Source: an uncultured Chthonomonadaceae bacterium (GTDB taxonomy: Bacteria; Armatimonadota; Chthonomonadetes; Chthonomonadales; Chthonomonadaceae). From it: a stretch of DNA of 64,000 bases. This document shows, piece after piece, positions 31,793 through 41,865 of this stretch; the stretch's first letter is position 1, and every line of letters starts with the position of its first letter. Where the stretch lies: positions 96,001 to 160,000 of the forward strand of contig CAWIEK010000041.1 of assembly GCA_963835065.1 (NCBI GenBank), written 5' to 3'. The translations under genes were made by a program, and so were the position numbers. Below the pieces are notes generated by a model. The model was not told where the DNA came from. It saw nothing but the letters and a program-made list of their open reading frames with translations, and ran no database searches.

Positions 31793-32698
31793 ATGAACCG
31801 TATCCTGCCATTGGCACAGCCCCACGCTCGCCGCGCCGCCTTTTCGCGCCGCGCTTTTACGCTCATCGAACTGCTCGTGGTCATTGCTATCATCGCCATT
31901 CTTGCCGCCATTCTGTTCCCCGTTTTCGCGCAGGCGCGCGAAAAAGCCCGTCAAACATCCTGCCTGTCCAACAACAAACAGATGGGCACGGCGCTGATCA
32001 TGTACGCGCAGGATTATGACGAGACGTTTCCCGTCACCACCGTCTATGACTTCACGCCGAATTCGCCTGAAAACAGTTGGATCGCGCGCATCGTGCCGTA
32101 CATCAAGAACCTGCAAGTGTTCTTCTGCCCCTCGGACGGCGGGCCGACAGGAAGCCCGGTATATCCCCGGTTGGGAGGCTGGAGCGGCCCGGCTGTCAGT
32201 TACGCTTCCAACAGCCTGATGGGTGGCGCGAACCTTGCGGACAATACTTCGGTCGGCGTGATCGGGTTGGCGCAGCATGAGATATGGGGAGACAGTTGGT
32301 TCCATAACAGCAGCGGCATCTCTCTGGCGCAGGTGAACCGCCCCGCCGAAACCATCGCTATCGCGGAAAAACATTCCAACGACATTCAGTACACCGGCAT
32401 TGCGTGGCTCGGCGCGAACACCGAGTCGATCTGGCCTACCGATACTTTCCTGTGGGACTGCAACCCGAACGGCGGAAACTGCTACTACGACTCCACTGCC
32501 AGCAACATCCCCGAAGGCGTCAATCCGGCCACCAAATCCTATCCGTATGGAAAAGCGGGCGGCGTGTCCACCAAGCATAGCGGCACGGGAGACTTTATGT
32601 TTGCGGACGGCCATGCCAAAGCGCTGCGCCCGGAAGCGACAAACCCGGATGGCCTGAAGCAGCCGCAAAACAACATGTGGAACGCCACACGTCCGTAA
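31793..32698 (+). CDS. Prepilin-type N-terminal cleavage/methylation protein (DUF1559, H-X9-DG)
   Basis: [64 protein letters not shown]. Confidence 0.95.
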   Translation: MNRILPLAQPHARRAAFSRRAFTLIELLVVIAIIAILAAILFPVFAQAREKARQTSCLSNNKQMGTALIMYAQDYDETFPVTTVYDFTPNSPENSWIARIVPYIKNLQVFFCPSDGGPTGSPVYPRLGGWSGPAVSYASNSLMGGANLADNTSVGVIGLAQHEIWGDSWFHNSSGISLAQVNRPAETIAIAEKHSNDIQYTGIAWLGANTESIWPTDTFLWDCNPNGGNCYYDSTASNIPEGVNPATKSYPYGKAGGVSTKHSGTGDFMFADGHAKALRPEATNPDGLKQPQNNMWNATRP

Positions 32699-32770
32699 AT
32701 GCCGCGCGAAGTGCAGAGCGCAATGATGCGCTTGCGCTTGCGCGCAGACACAAATCGAGGGAGCCAAACG

Positions 32771-32992
32771 GTGCGATGTACACGAATCAGGGTCAGGAAG
32801 TGGATGCGAACGGGCATCTTGTGTCTGAGCGCCCTGCCGGGGCTGTGCGGGTGCGGCACAAAGCCCGTCGGCAGCGATGAAGACTTGAAGAAAGCGTTTT
32901 CACAAAAAACGTTCGACATCAACAGTGTGCCGCCGGAGCAGCGAGACCGTGTCCGCGCCCTCATGGAATCGCAGAAGGCGATGAAGAAGTAG
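32771..32992 (+). CDS. Small lipoprotein 1
   Basis: Lipobox-like LCGC; GAGGGAG RBS before GTG; conserved C-terminal motif shared with the next gene. Confidence 0.7.
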   Translation: MRCTRIRVRKWMRTGILCLSALPGLCGCGTKPVGSDEDLKKAFSQKTFDINSVPPEQRDRVRALMESQKAMKK

Positions 32993-33037
32993 TCCAGAGT
33001 GAATGTATTGGAGTAAATTAAGCAAAGGAGGGATACT

Positions 33038-33355
33038 ATGCGACCCTTTCTCCCGATGCGTTTGCGCCGGTTGCTGTATGGCTGCGGCGCAATCGCGCTG
33101 CTGCTACTGGTGACACAGGGATGCGGCGCAAAGCAGGAAGAAGCGGCAGGCGGCACACCGGCTACAGGCGCGTCCACAACTGCCGCAACGGGGCAGCCGG
33201 GAGCCAACGCTTCCGACGCCGAGATGCGCAAGAGCTTTTCACAAAAGAGCTTCGACATCAACAACGTTCCCCCGCAACAGCGCGATAAAGTACGCGCCAT
33301 GATGCAGCAAAACACCGGAACCGGCCCCTCTGCGCCCGGAGCAACGGGGAAATAG
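33038..33355 (+). CDS. Small lipoprotein 2 (paralog)
   Basis: Lipobox-like TQGC; AAGGAGG RBS; FSQKSFDINNVPPQQRDKVRAMM. Confidence 0.8.
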   Translation: MRPFLPMRLRRLLYGCGAIALLLLVTQGCGAKQEEAAGGTPATGASTTAATGQPGANASDAEMRKSFSQKSFDINNVPPQQRDKVRAMMQQNTGTGPSAPGATGK

Positions 33356-33363
33356 CGAACGTT

Positions 33364-33580
33364 ACCTCACCCCAACCCCTCTCCTGGGCGCTCGTTCCTC
33401 GCTAGGAGAGGGGCTATTTGTTGCACTCCTCTCCTGGGCGCTCGTTCCTCGCCGGGAGAGGGGCTATTCTTGCTTACTTCTCTCCCGTTCACTCGTTTCT
33501 TGTTAGGAGCGGGGCTATGTTGTTGCAGTCCTTTCTCTCGCGTTCCTCGCTGTGAGCGGGGCTATTTTGTTGCAATCCTT
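33364..33580. repeat. Four degenerate ~50-bp tandem REP-like hairpin units
   Basis: CTCTCC-tgggcgctcgttcctcgct-aGGAGAGGGGCTA units that decay left to right. Confidence 0.85.
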
Positions 33581-33697
33581 TTCTCTTTCATGTTCTCTTT
33601 CATTGGCATCAGGGCGCTGACAACGGAAAGTACCTGCCATTTGCTATAATAAAGCCAGAGTTTAACGACGAGTACGGGAAACGAGTACCCCATACGA

Positions 33698-35365
33698 ATG
33701 TTCTGGCTGTTGATGCGAACGCGCCTGCTGTCCGGGCGCAATGTGGTGTTGGATACGTGGCGCAACCGCCCGGTTGTCGCCATGTCGCTGTGCCTGGCCG
33801 GAATCTGTCTGTTCGGCGGCATGTTTCTAGGATTTTTGTTCTTTTTTCGGTACGCGGCGAACGCGGGCGTACTTGCTGAAACCATCTATCAGGCGTTTTA
33901 TTACCTGTTCCTGCTGCTGTTTGCGGGAGCCGTGCCGTTTGTCGCTTCCACGCTGTTCCAGTCTGCCGATTACAGCCTGCTTTTCGCCGCGCCCATTCCG
34001 CCACGCACCGTTGTTGCCGCCAAATTGCTCGACGCCACCATTACCAACTCGCTGCAATTCACGATTATCGGCCTGCCCGCCATTGTTGCCGGCGCGTTTG
34101 CCCTGCGCCTGCCCGCGTGGCAATGGCCGCTCGTGCTGTTGTTGATCGCGCTATTCATCCTCCTGCCCGCCCTCTTAACCGCTTTGGCGCTGCTGTTGGC
34201 GCTTGCCGGGTTGGGAATGGCGCGGCTGCGGAGCGTGATTACCCTCGTGAATGTGCTGATGGGCATCGGAGTCTGCGTGACGTTTGTGCTGGAAGCGCGA
34301 AATCTGCCGTTTCACTTCGGCGGATTGGGCGGGCAACTGGCGGCCTTTCAGCCCTCGCTTCATTCCACGTCTCCCACCGCGCACCTGTTGCCGTCCGCGT
34401 GGTTTGCGGGCGTTGTAGTCGGGCTTGCGCAGCGCGAACCGCAGGCGACAATGGCGGCGAGTTGGCTGCTCCTGCGCATTATTTTGGTGTGCGGCGGATT
34501 GTTCGCGGGCTGCATGGTTCTTGGCGGCTTCCTGTTGTCGCAGTCCAGCGTCGGAGAAGAAAATCACGGGAGTGGGCATATCCAAAATAAGGGGGGCGAT
34601 GATGCGCGTTTCTTGCGCCGTTTGACCGGCGCTCCGATTGCCGCCATTCTGGTCAAGGATTTGAAATACGTGTGGCGCGATACGATGCTCCTGTCACAAC
34701 TCAGCGTCCCGCTTATTTTGTTCCTTGTCCCTTATCTCATCGGCCTGCAAAACCGAACACTGAGCGGCAACGAAGCCCGTTCCGAGTTGTTCCCCTTTTC
34801 CGCCGTGATTATTTGCTTCATTTTGTTCATACAAACCAGTATCCTGTCGCTGTCGCTGTTGGGCATGGAAGCGCAGGGGTTCTGGCTCGTGCTGCTCGCG
34901 CCCGCGTCCCGCCGCGCCCTGCTGTGGGCGAAGTTTCTCATCAGCGTCGTGATTTCGGGAGGGCTTGCCATTGTCTTGAGCCTGATAGCGGGCGCCAGTT
35001 TTCGCGCGGAACCGGGCTGGGTTATTGCGCAAATGGGCGTGATTGCCTTATGTTCGGCGGGACTGTGCGGGCTTGGCGTGGGCATTTCCGCCGCTCTGCC
35101 CCGCTTCCTGCACGACAACCCCGCCCTGCGCGTCAGTCCGTGGGCATTAATCGTGAGCTTCTTCGCCACCACCGCCTACATGCTGCTGACGCTGGTATGC
35201 TTCGGCGTTGCGGGGCTGGCGATTTCCAGTGCGGGAGTCACAGCCTCGCCCCTTCCCATCCTTGCCATTGCCTTCACCCTGCATCTGCTGCTGACTCTCT
35301 TTGTCGTCGGCATCGCTATGGAAATCGGCGCGCGCCGCATCGAGAGGTACGAATGGGAACATTAG
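33698..35365 (+). CDS. Putative ABC-2 type exporter permease (multi-TM)
   Basis: Many TM helices; LLFAAPIPPRTVVAAK and KDLKYVWRD motifs; TATAAT upstream. Confidence 0.8.
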   Translation: MFWLLMRTRLLSGRNVVLDTWRNRPVVAMSLCLAGICLFGGMFLGFLFFFRYAANAGVLAETIYQAFYYLFLLLFAGAVPFVASTLFQSADYSLLFAAPIPPRTVVAAKLLDATITNSLQFTIIGLPAIVAGAFALRLPAWQWPLVLLLIALFILLPALLTALALLLALAGLGMARLRSVITLVNVLMGIGVCVTFVLEARNLPFHFGGLGGQLAAFQPSLHSTSPTAHLLPSAWFAGVVVGLAQREPQATMAASWLLLRIILVCGGLFAGCMVLGGFLLSQSSVGEENHGSGHIQNKGGDDARFLRRLTGAPIAAILVKDLKYVWRDTMLLSQLSVPLILFLVPYLIGLQNRTLSGNEARSELFPFSAVIICFILFIQTSILSLSLLGMEAQGFWLVLLAPASRRALLWAKFLISVVISGGLAIVLSLIAGASFRAEPGWVIAQMGVIALCSAGLCGLGVGISAALPRFLHDNPALRVSPWALIVSFFATTAYMLLTLVCFGVAGLAISSAGVTASPLPILAIAFTLHLLLTLFVVGIAMEIGARRIERYEWEH

Positions 35366-35418
35366 GAGAGGGAACAGGGAACAGGGAACAGGGAACAGAA
35401 GGAAATGCTGAACGCGGA

Positions 35419-36305
35419 ATGATGAGTGATGAATTGAATTCCCATTCATCACTCATCACTCAGCACTCAGCATTTCCTGCTCCCCGTACCCGAAAACGGT
35501 TGGCGGCAGGAGTTCTTGTCGGCTTAGGAGTTCTTGCCGGATTGCCGCCCTTGTTGACATGGCAGCGGACGGGGGAGCAGCGGGCGCGGAGTTTGTCGAA
35601 CCTGAGGCGATTGGGAGAAGCGTGGCAGCTTTATGCGCAGGATTGGGACGGCAAGCCGGTTCTGGCTGTGGAGCGGCGCGTGACGGAAAATGGCGCGGCG
35701 AATCAACAACTACAAGGGAAGCAGGCAGGGCAAGCGGAACCGGAGGAGGGGGAGAAAAATCGTCTGGAACTTACTGGCTTACGTGGGTCAAGCGGCTGGG
35801 GGCGTATGACGCGACGGCTGCGATTTTGAACAACCCCGCCAATTCTACTGAAGGACGTTCGCCGGTCTTGCGCGACCCGGCGCGCAGTTTTGTGGTTTCT
35901 ACGAGTTACGCTTTGAACGCGCGCTTTTGGAATACGTTCGCGCCCGGCCCGTTTCCCGTAGACAATCTGGAACTGCCTGCCCAGACCGCGCTGTTTGTCG
36001 AGGCGGGGCCGATGTCCGCTCAGGCGCTCCGCGCTCCGCGCAGCAATGCGGAAAGCCACGATTGGGCGCGGCTGGAATATGGAGATACCGCCGATGTTGT
36101 AGAAGGATTATGGCCGTACCCTTCCACGCACGGCGGCAAAATGGCGGTTGTTGCCGCCGATGGTCACGCCGTCAGCCTGACCGTAGAACACTACGCGCCC
36201 ACTTCCGGCCCGCACAACGCGCTTTATGGGCGCATCGGCGGCGACATTTACAACTGGAACGGCGGCCATGCGAACGGGGATGTAGATCATCCGCCCGTCG
36301 AATAA
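35419..36305 (+). CDS. Atypical DUF1559/H-X9-DG protein lacking the prepilin FTLIE motif; frameshift near 35700-35770
   Basis: RARSLSNLRRLGEAWQLYAQDWD; SYALN; HGGKMAVVAADGH. Confidence 0.75.
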
Positions 36306-36306
36306 A

Positions 36307-37662
36307 TCATCCCCCGGTTGAATAATGGGTTTTGTTGGTTCCCGTCAGCACACCGGGAGACGGCTTGCGGCCTTCTTCGGCAGCCTCGTCCAGTGTCGCC
36401 GCCTGCGCGGGCGTTTTTGCCGTCAGGGGCGAGGCTGATTGCGGCGTGGCTTGCTCCGCGATTTCCGCTTCGTCTACCGCGTCCACGATGGTTTGATGCA
36501 CGGCATTTGCCTGCCCGGCTTCATCCGCTTGCGTGGCGGCGCTTGCCGAGGCTTCCACGCGATTGTGCAGTTGTTCGCCCGTCGGCACTTCGATGGGACT
36601 GCTTAGTTTCGGGAAGATGGCAAGCACAATCATTTGGACGGTCGCGGCAATGGGAACGGCCAGAATCATGCCGGGGATACCCAAAAGCGATGCGCCCATC
36701 AGCAGCGCGACGATGCTCAAAATGGGGTGCAGTCCAACATGCTGCCCGACGATACGGGGCGTGACGATTTGATCGAAAAAGACGTGGTGCAGCAGCACCA
36801 TCAGGAACACAATGAGAAGCACCTGCTTGCCCGCCATCAGGCATACACCGCCGACAAGCAAAATGGTCAGCGCGGCTCCGATGTAGGGAACCATGTACAT
36901 GACGCCGGAAATCGCGCCCAACCCCGCCGCGTTGGGAACGTTGAAGCACCGCAGCAGCGCGAACGTCGCAACCGCGTTCAAGCCGCACACGATCATCAGG
37001 CCGCGCAAATAGCGGACGAAAATCGCGCTTACTTCATTGAGCAGGTTTTGCGTTGTTGCCCGATTCTGGCGCGGGATTAACAACAGCAGGCGGGCGTAAA
37101 TGAGATGCAGGTCTTTCAGCGCGTAAAACGATACGAGCGGAATGATAATCACCCACAGCAGATTGCTCAACGCGCCTTCCGCCGCTTTGCCGAACCACGA
37201 ATTGGCGTGTGTAAAGGCGCTGCTGATCTGGCCGCTTGCCCGCAGTACGGTATTTTCCACAACAGGCGTGGCATGGATGCGTACCAGCAAACCCTTTAGT
37301 TTGTGCCGAGTTTCCGATTCGGCGTTTTTGCCCGTGTCGCTCGGCAGATACTGCCCGATTTCGCGCGAGATTTTGGTGGTTTGATCCACGACGGAGGGAA
37401 CCGCAAGCGTCAATCCACCGCCAAGAAGGGCAAAGAACAGCAGGTAAATGACAACCGCGCCCTTCAAGCGCGACCATCCCCGGCTTTCCATTTTATCTAC
37501 AAGCGGGTCCAGCACCATCGCAATCAGAAACGCGATCATCAACGGCAGCCAGATTTCGCGTACCACATACCCCACATACAGCGCGAACAGCAGTCCCAGC
37601 AGCAGCAACCCGGTACGCCGCCATCGCCCACTGTCCGAAGCATTGATTCGTATTTCCAGCAT
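36307..37662 (-). CDS. AI-2E family transporter
   Basis: LDPLVD, YLRG, VPYIGA, PRIVGQHVGLHP, GMILAVP. Confidence 0.93.
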   Translation of the reverse strand: MLEIRINASDSGRWRRTGLLLLGLLFALYVGYVVREIWLPLMIAFLIAMVLDPLVDKMESRGWSRLKGAVVIYLLFFALLGGGLTLAVPSVVDQTTKISREIGQYLPSDTGKNAESETRHKLKGLLVRIHATPVVENTVLRASGQISSAFTHANSWFGKAAEGALSNLLWVIIIPLVSFYALKDLHLIYARLLLLIPRQNRATTQNLLNEVSAIFVRYLRGLMIVCGLNAVATFALLRCFNVPNAAGLGAISGVMYMVPYIGAALTILLVGGVCLMAGKQVLLIVFLMVLLHHVFFDQIVTPRIVGQHVGLHPILSIVALLMGASLLGIPGMILAVPIAATVQMIVLAIFPKLSSPIEVPTGEQLHNRVEASASAATQADEAGQANAVHQTIVDAVDEAEIAEQATPQSASPLTAKTPAQAATLDEAAEEGRKPSPGVLTGTNKTHYSTGG

Positions 37663-37686
37663 TGTGCGCTTTCTTCATTGAGAGGC

Positions 37687-37748
37687 AGGCATTAGGCATT
37701 AGGCATTAGATATTAGTCTGATGCCTAATGCCTGATGCCTGATGCCTA
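37687..37748. repeat. Inverted TAGGCAT arrays with a ~8-bp spacer
   Basis: Direct reading; supplies the stop codon at 37746. Confidence 0.92.
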
Positions 37749-38159
37749 TCCCCTGCCGCGCTTGTCTTTTTTGTTCGTGTTTTTCTTACTGCGATTGTTC
37801 TTATTGGGAGCGCGGAATTGTTCTCGCGCCATGCCGAACACGCGGGACGCCATGTAGATTCCGGCCAGTATTGTGCCTACGCTTAACGCCTGCTTTGTTG
37901 CGGAAACGCCGCCCTGCGTGGCCTGCGCCATTGTTTGTGATACGCGCAGTTCCACCAAGTCTACAGTATCGGCTACGCGGCCTACGGTATTTGCTGCTAA
38001 ATCGCCCAGGTCTTGAACGTTGTCTCTGGTTTCCGTCAGCAGCGGCGTCGTGTTGGAAATCAGGCGGTAAAATCCCCATCCGCTGACCGCGAGGGCGACA
38101 ATGCCGACGAGAAAGATCAGCGCGGTCACAACAAGAAAAATCCAGGTAACGATTTGCAT
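37746..38159 (-). CDS. Membrane-anchored helical protein (DUF948-like)
   Basis: N-terminal TM, amphipathic helix, basic tail. Confidence 0.65.
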   Translation of the reverse strand: MQIVTWIFLVVTALIFLVGIVALAVSGWGFYRLISNTTPLLTETRDNVQDLGDLAANTVGRVADTVDLVELRVSQTMAQATQGGVSATKQALSVGTILAGIYMASRVFGMAREQFRAPNKNNRSKKNTNKKDKRGRG

Positions 38160-38389
38160 CAGAGCGGCCTTCCGAATTCGCGGCAGCGAACAATTTGAAG
38201 CGCCTGCTAAAGAATAGCAGTCGGGGGAGATAAAAATACATCTTCAGTGGCGAGCATAAGACTGTCAGAAGTACGTGAATTGTTCCTTAATGACGGCTCG
38301 CTCCAGGCATCGCCCTTCTTATTTGCGTGTATTCGCGTGAATTTGCGGCTAAATTTTCTCATTTCTTTCCAATTCCTCTCGGAAAACCG

Positions 38390-38416
38390 GGAACCTCGTT
38401 GTAGCGCGGGGCGTCA
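38390..38416 (+). promoter_or_regulatory. Putative ECF sigma promoter
   Basis: GGAAC-N17-CGTCA upstream of the ECF gene. Confidence 0.5.
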
Positions 38417-38742
38417 GACATACGAAACCCAGGAAGGAATATCAGCATCGCTCCCGCTTTGCCCTCAACAATTCTTTTCCACAGGGCGAGCCGTACCTTA
38501 ACACAACGATACTTCCCGCAACGCGCGCCTTCCCATTTTCCTGTGCCATGATCGTACAGGTCAACGTTTGCGTAGACGGCAGCCACTTTCCGGTTTTGCT
38601 TTCACGCCGAACTTCACCAGAACGCGGCCATGATCGTCGCGCCCAAACGCAGAACAGAATTAAATCTGCACTTATTGCATGCCGTTGCAATTACATCCTA
38701 TTGCACAAAATCAGGCTGCAAAGGAACCAGGGGGACACACGA

Positions 38743-39513
38743 ATGACGACTGCTACCCAGGAAGGGCGCGCGACAGACAAGGCCTGCCGACCGACCGAGA
38801 CCACTGCCGAGTTTGAAGAATTGCTGCGCCGCAACTACAGCCGGGCTTATAGCGCCGCGTACCGCATGATGGGCAATGCCACCGATGCGGAAGATTTGAC
38901 GCAGGAAGCGTTTATGCGCGTGTGGTCCGCTTTTGACCGCTATGATCGTTCCCGTCCCTTTGAGGGCTGGCTGTTCCGCATTATTTCCAATCTGGCGATT
39001 GACCGCTGGCGGCGACATTCCGGGATGCCGGTTTGTTCGCTGGATGCCGAAGGCACAGGCGGACGTTCGCGGGGCGCGCGAGCAGGCGGGCGTTCTTCCG
39101 GCGCGGAAGGAACGGGCGCTCCCCTGCTGGCCTGTCTCGCGGATGAGCGCCCCAGCGCCATGCCCGAACAATCTTATCTGCGGGCGGAAACCGGGCGGCG
39201 CGTTCGCCGCGCTTTATCGGCTCTGCCATGCGATTACCGCAAAGCCGTCGTTCTGGCCGATGTGCAGGGCTACAGCTACGAGGAAATTGCGCAGTACGTG
39301 GGCTGCCCCGTAGGAACCATTCGCAGTCGCCTGCATCGCGGACGCCAACTGCTGCGCCAGAACATTCTGAAACTGCAAAGCCAGGAAGAAGCGCAGGAGC
39401 GCGACGAAATGGCGTTGAGCGAGGAAGCCGCCCTTGCCAACCGCGTAGCCGAGTCGCTGGCAATCCTAACCGCCAACGAGCAGGCTTCAGGCACTTACGC
39501 GCTGATGGGTTAA
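38743..39513 (+). CDS. ECF sigma-70 family RNA polymerase sigma factor
   Basis: DAEDLTQEAF, WLFRIISNLAID, GYSYEEIA..GTIRSRLHRGR. Confidence 0.95.
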   Translation: MTTATQEGRATDKACRPTETTAEFEELLRRNYSRAYSAAYRMMGNATDAEDLTQEAFMRVWSAFDRYDRSRPFEGWLFRIISNLAIDRWRRHSGMPVCSLDAEGTGGRSRGARAGGRSSGAEGTGAPLLACLADERPSAMPEQSYLRAETGRRVRRALSALPCDYRKAVVLADVQGYSYEEIAQYVGCPVGTIRSRLHRGRQLLRQNILKLQSQEEAQERDEMALSEEAALANRVAESLAILTANEQASGTYALMG

Positions 39514-39533
39514 TATCCTGTACGCATAAACCG

Positions 39534-39566
39534 AAGAGAGAACACCGTTACGGTGTTCTCTCTTTT
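39534..39566 (+). terminator. Intrinsic terminator
   Basis: AAGAGAGAACACCG-tta-CGGTGTTCTCTCTT followed by TT. Confidence 0.85.
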
Positions 39567-39649
39567 GTGTTGCCTGCTTCAATCTAACGGCAGTATGGCG
39601 CAATGGTGGCATAATGCGCTACAATGGTTGTACTTGCGCGTAACGCGCC

Positions 39650-40681
39650 ATGAAAATACTTTCAAACAATGGGGTTGTTGTGGAAATGTGTAGCTTTAGC
39701 AGGCTGAAGCCTGCGTTTATGGTTTGTGGACACCGGCAGAGAAATAGGCGGTACGGCCTTATGGTTCTTGGAGTGGCGGCAGCGCTTGTATCGCTTCTTC
39801 CCGTCGGTTCCGGCGCGCAGGCGGAGACAAAGAGCGAACCTTCGCTTTCCCGTATGACCGGCTCCAGTTCCGGTACCCTGAAAACGAAAAGCCTCTCCGC
39901 GCCGCCTACCGGGAATACGAAAAAAACGAAGTCCTTGAAGCCTCGTGGCAGCAGTTCCGGGCAATCGGCGTCCACTAAAAAGACGGAGGCTACAAATCAG
40001 AAACGCGGGGGCGCGGGAACGCAATCCACGCCAATGCCGCCCGCGTCGGGTTCCACGCATACGCCGAATGTCAAGCCGCCAACGGTTGCTCCTGCCTTGC
40101 CTCCTGCCATTCCCGTCATTACCTATTTCAATCAGGATTCGCAAAAATGGCTGCGGGCGGGCGAAACCGTGTATGTCACCATGCAAGGAACTCCCGGCGC
40201 ACAGGCATCGTTTCATATCGGAACTTTGTCAGGTAATGTTGTTTTGCGCGAAGAGTCGCCGGGGCAGTATCTAGGCTCGTGGGTCGTGCCCGTCAACAAG
40301 CCGCTTCCCACCACGCCTTATACCGTGCTGGGCGAACTGCGCGTCAACGGCAAAACCGCCGAGCCGATGCCTGCTTCGCGCCCGATTAGGATTGACGCCC
40401 TGCCTCCCGTCATTGCCAATACCGGCCCCGAAACCGCAACTACCGCAACGCCCGCCATTGTCGCCGACTTGAGCGACGAAGGCAGTGGCATAGACATAGC
40501 CTCCATCCATCTGCGCCTCAACGGACGCGACGTAACAAGCAGCGCAGAGGTCAGGGCAGACCATATCTCTTTTACGCCCATGTCTCCCCTTGCCGCCGGT
40601 GAGCATACCGTCGAACTCGAAGCCGCAGACCGCGCCGGCAACAAAGCCACGCAAACATGGCATTTCACCGTGAAACTCTGA
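39650..40681 (+). CDS. Secreted protein with S/T/K/P-rich region and C-terminal Ig-like domains; start uncertain
   Basis: Signal-like segment; D.GSGID..SI.L.LNG, GEHTV...ADRAGN...WHF. Confidence 0.75.
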   Translation: MKILSNNGVVVEMCSFSRLKPAFMVCGHRQRNRRYGLMVLGVAAALVSLLPVGSGAQAETKSEPSLSRMTGSSSGTLKTKSLSAPPTGNTKKTKSLKPRGSSSGQSASTKKTEATNQKRGGAGTQSTPMPPASGSTHTPNVKPPTVAPALPPAIPVITYFNQDSQKWLRAGETVYVTMQGTPGAQASFHIGTLSGNVVLREESPGQYLGSWVVPVNKPLPTTPYTVLGELRVNGKTAEPMPASRPIRIDALPPVIANTGPETATTATPAIVADLSDEGSGIDIASIHLRLNGRDVTSSAEVRADHISFTPMSPLAAGEHTVELEAADRAGNKATQTWHFTVKL

Positions 40682-40706
40682 ATTCGCCCAATGAACATTC
40701 CACTTA

Positions 40707-40799
40707 GAGCCTATCCCGATAGGGCTTGTCCTTGCGTCTGCAAGACGCTTGCACTTTCCTGCCGGGTATTTTCAATACCCGGCCAATTGGGATAGGCTC
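40707..40799. mobile_element. 93-bp MITE with IS5-like ends and TTA flanks
   Basis: tta-GAGCCTATCCCGAT...ATTGGGATAGGCTC-tta (13/14 TIR match). Confidence 0.8.
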
Positions 40800-40802
40800 T
40801 TA

Positions 40803-41766
40803 GAATCTATCTCAAAACGAAAGTGGCTCTGCAACGGGCAAGCTGACCTCTTGCTTTAATACGTGCAACTTGCGGAACCACAGGAGGGCACAGGCGAGTT
40901 TGCAGGTTGCCAGGTAGTTGCTGGGCTTTTTGTCCCACCGGATGAGGATGCCGCGCCAACGCGACAGCCAAGCAAACGTGCGCTCCACCACCCAACGCCG
41001 CGCCGGATGCGTTTTCTCGCCCGCTTCGTCTTTCTTTTCTTCGCCAATGCGGCGAATGTGGGGCGTATAGCCTGCTTTCTTAGCGGCTTCTTCCCCACGC
41101 GGATTGTCATAGCCTTTGTCCAGGCACAGGTTTTGAGGTTCTTCGGGCGTGGGCTGCGGACGGTACACCACCACCGCGCTGATCGTGGCCGCGAGCAGAT
41201 GCGCGTCATTGGTGTTGGCGCTGCTGATACAAATGCCCGTCGGCCCGCCGTCGCCTTCCACTAAAAGGCTCTTTTTGACGCCTTGCTTCCCACGATCCGT
41301 GGGATTGGGACCGACACAGGCGTCGTCTTGTGCCCCTTTTTAGGCACACCGCGCGCTTTGCTCAGGCAGGCATCGGCAGATTGCCAGTCCCACTCTACGC
41401 CGCCCAAGAAGTCGCAATTGCGCAGAAGGACCGCCCACAACTTGCCGAACAAGTCCAGCTTCTCCCACCGCTGCAAGGTGCGGTGGATGCTGGCATCGTC
41501 GCCAAACTCCTTGGGGAGTTGGTTCCATTGGCAGCCGGTACGCGCTCGGTAGATAATGCCGTTGAGAGCAAGACGGGCATCAATGCGCTTGCGTCCGCGT
41601 TTGCAAGGGGGATCGTACTGGTTGATCAACGCCTGAATGTGTTCCCATAACTCGTCGGGAACACGCCAGATCGTCGGTAAAGAGGGTGTCTGCGCCATAA
41701 GTCACTCCAAAAAAGTAGTCGTAACTTTATCATCGGCAGGCCACTCGCTTATTTTGAGATAGATTC
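40803..41766 (-). mobile_element. IS5-family insertion sequence (964 bp), two-ORF transposase
   Basis: Perfect 15-bp TIRs GAATCTATCTCAAAA; TTA target duplication; orfA 41261..41698 (RTGCQW..LP) and orfB ending 40812 (DKGYD, RWVVERTFAWL); AAAAAGGGG slippery site near 41333-41341. Confidence 0.95.
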
Positions 41767-41865
41767 TTAGCCGAATCGTGAACGACCCGTTTACAGGGCG
41801 TTCCGCCAACCGGTCTGCGACCGGACACCTTTTTGTTGAGCGTCCCTACAAAGAAGAGCCACGCC

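Noticed and set aside
33364..33580. CRISPR array
   Set aside because: The intervening segments are short and similar to each other, the repeats decay, and there are no cas genes.
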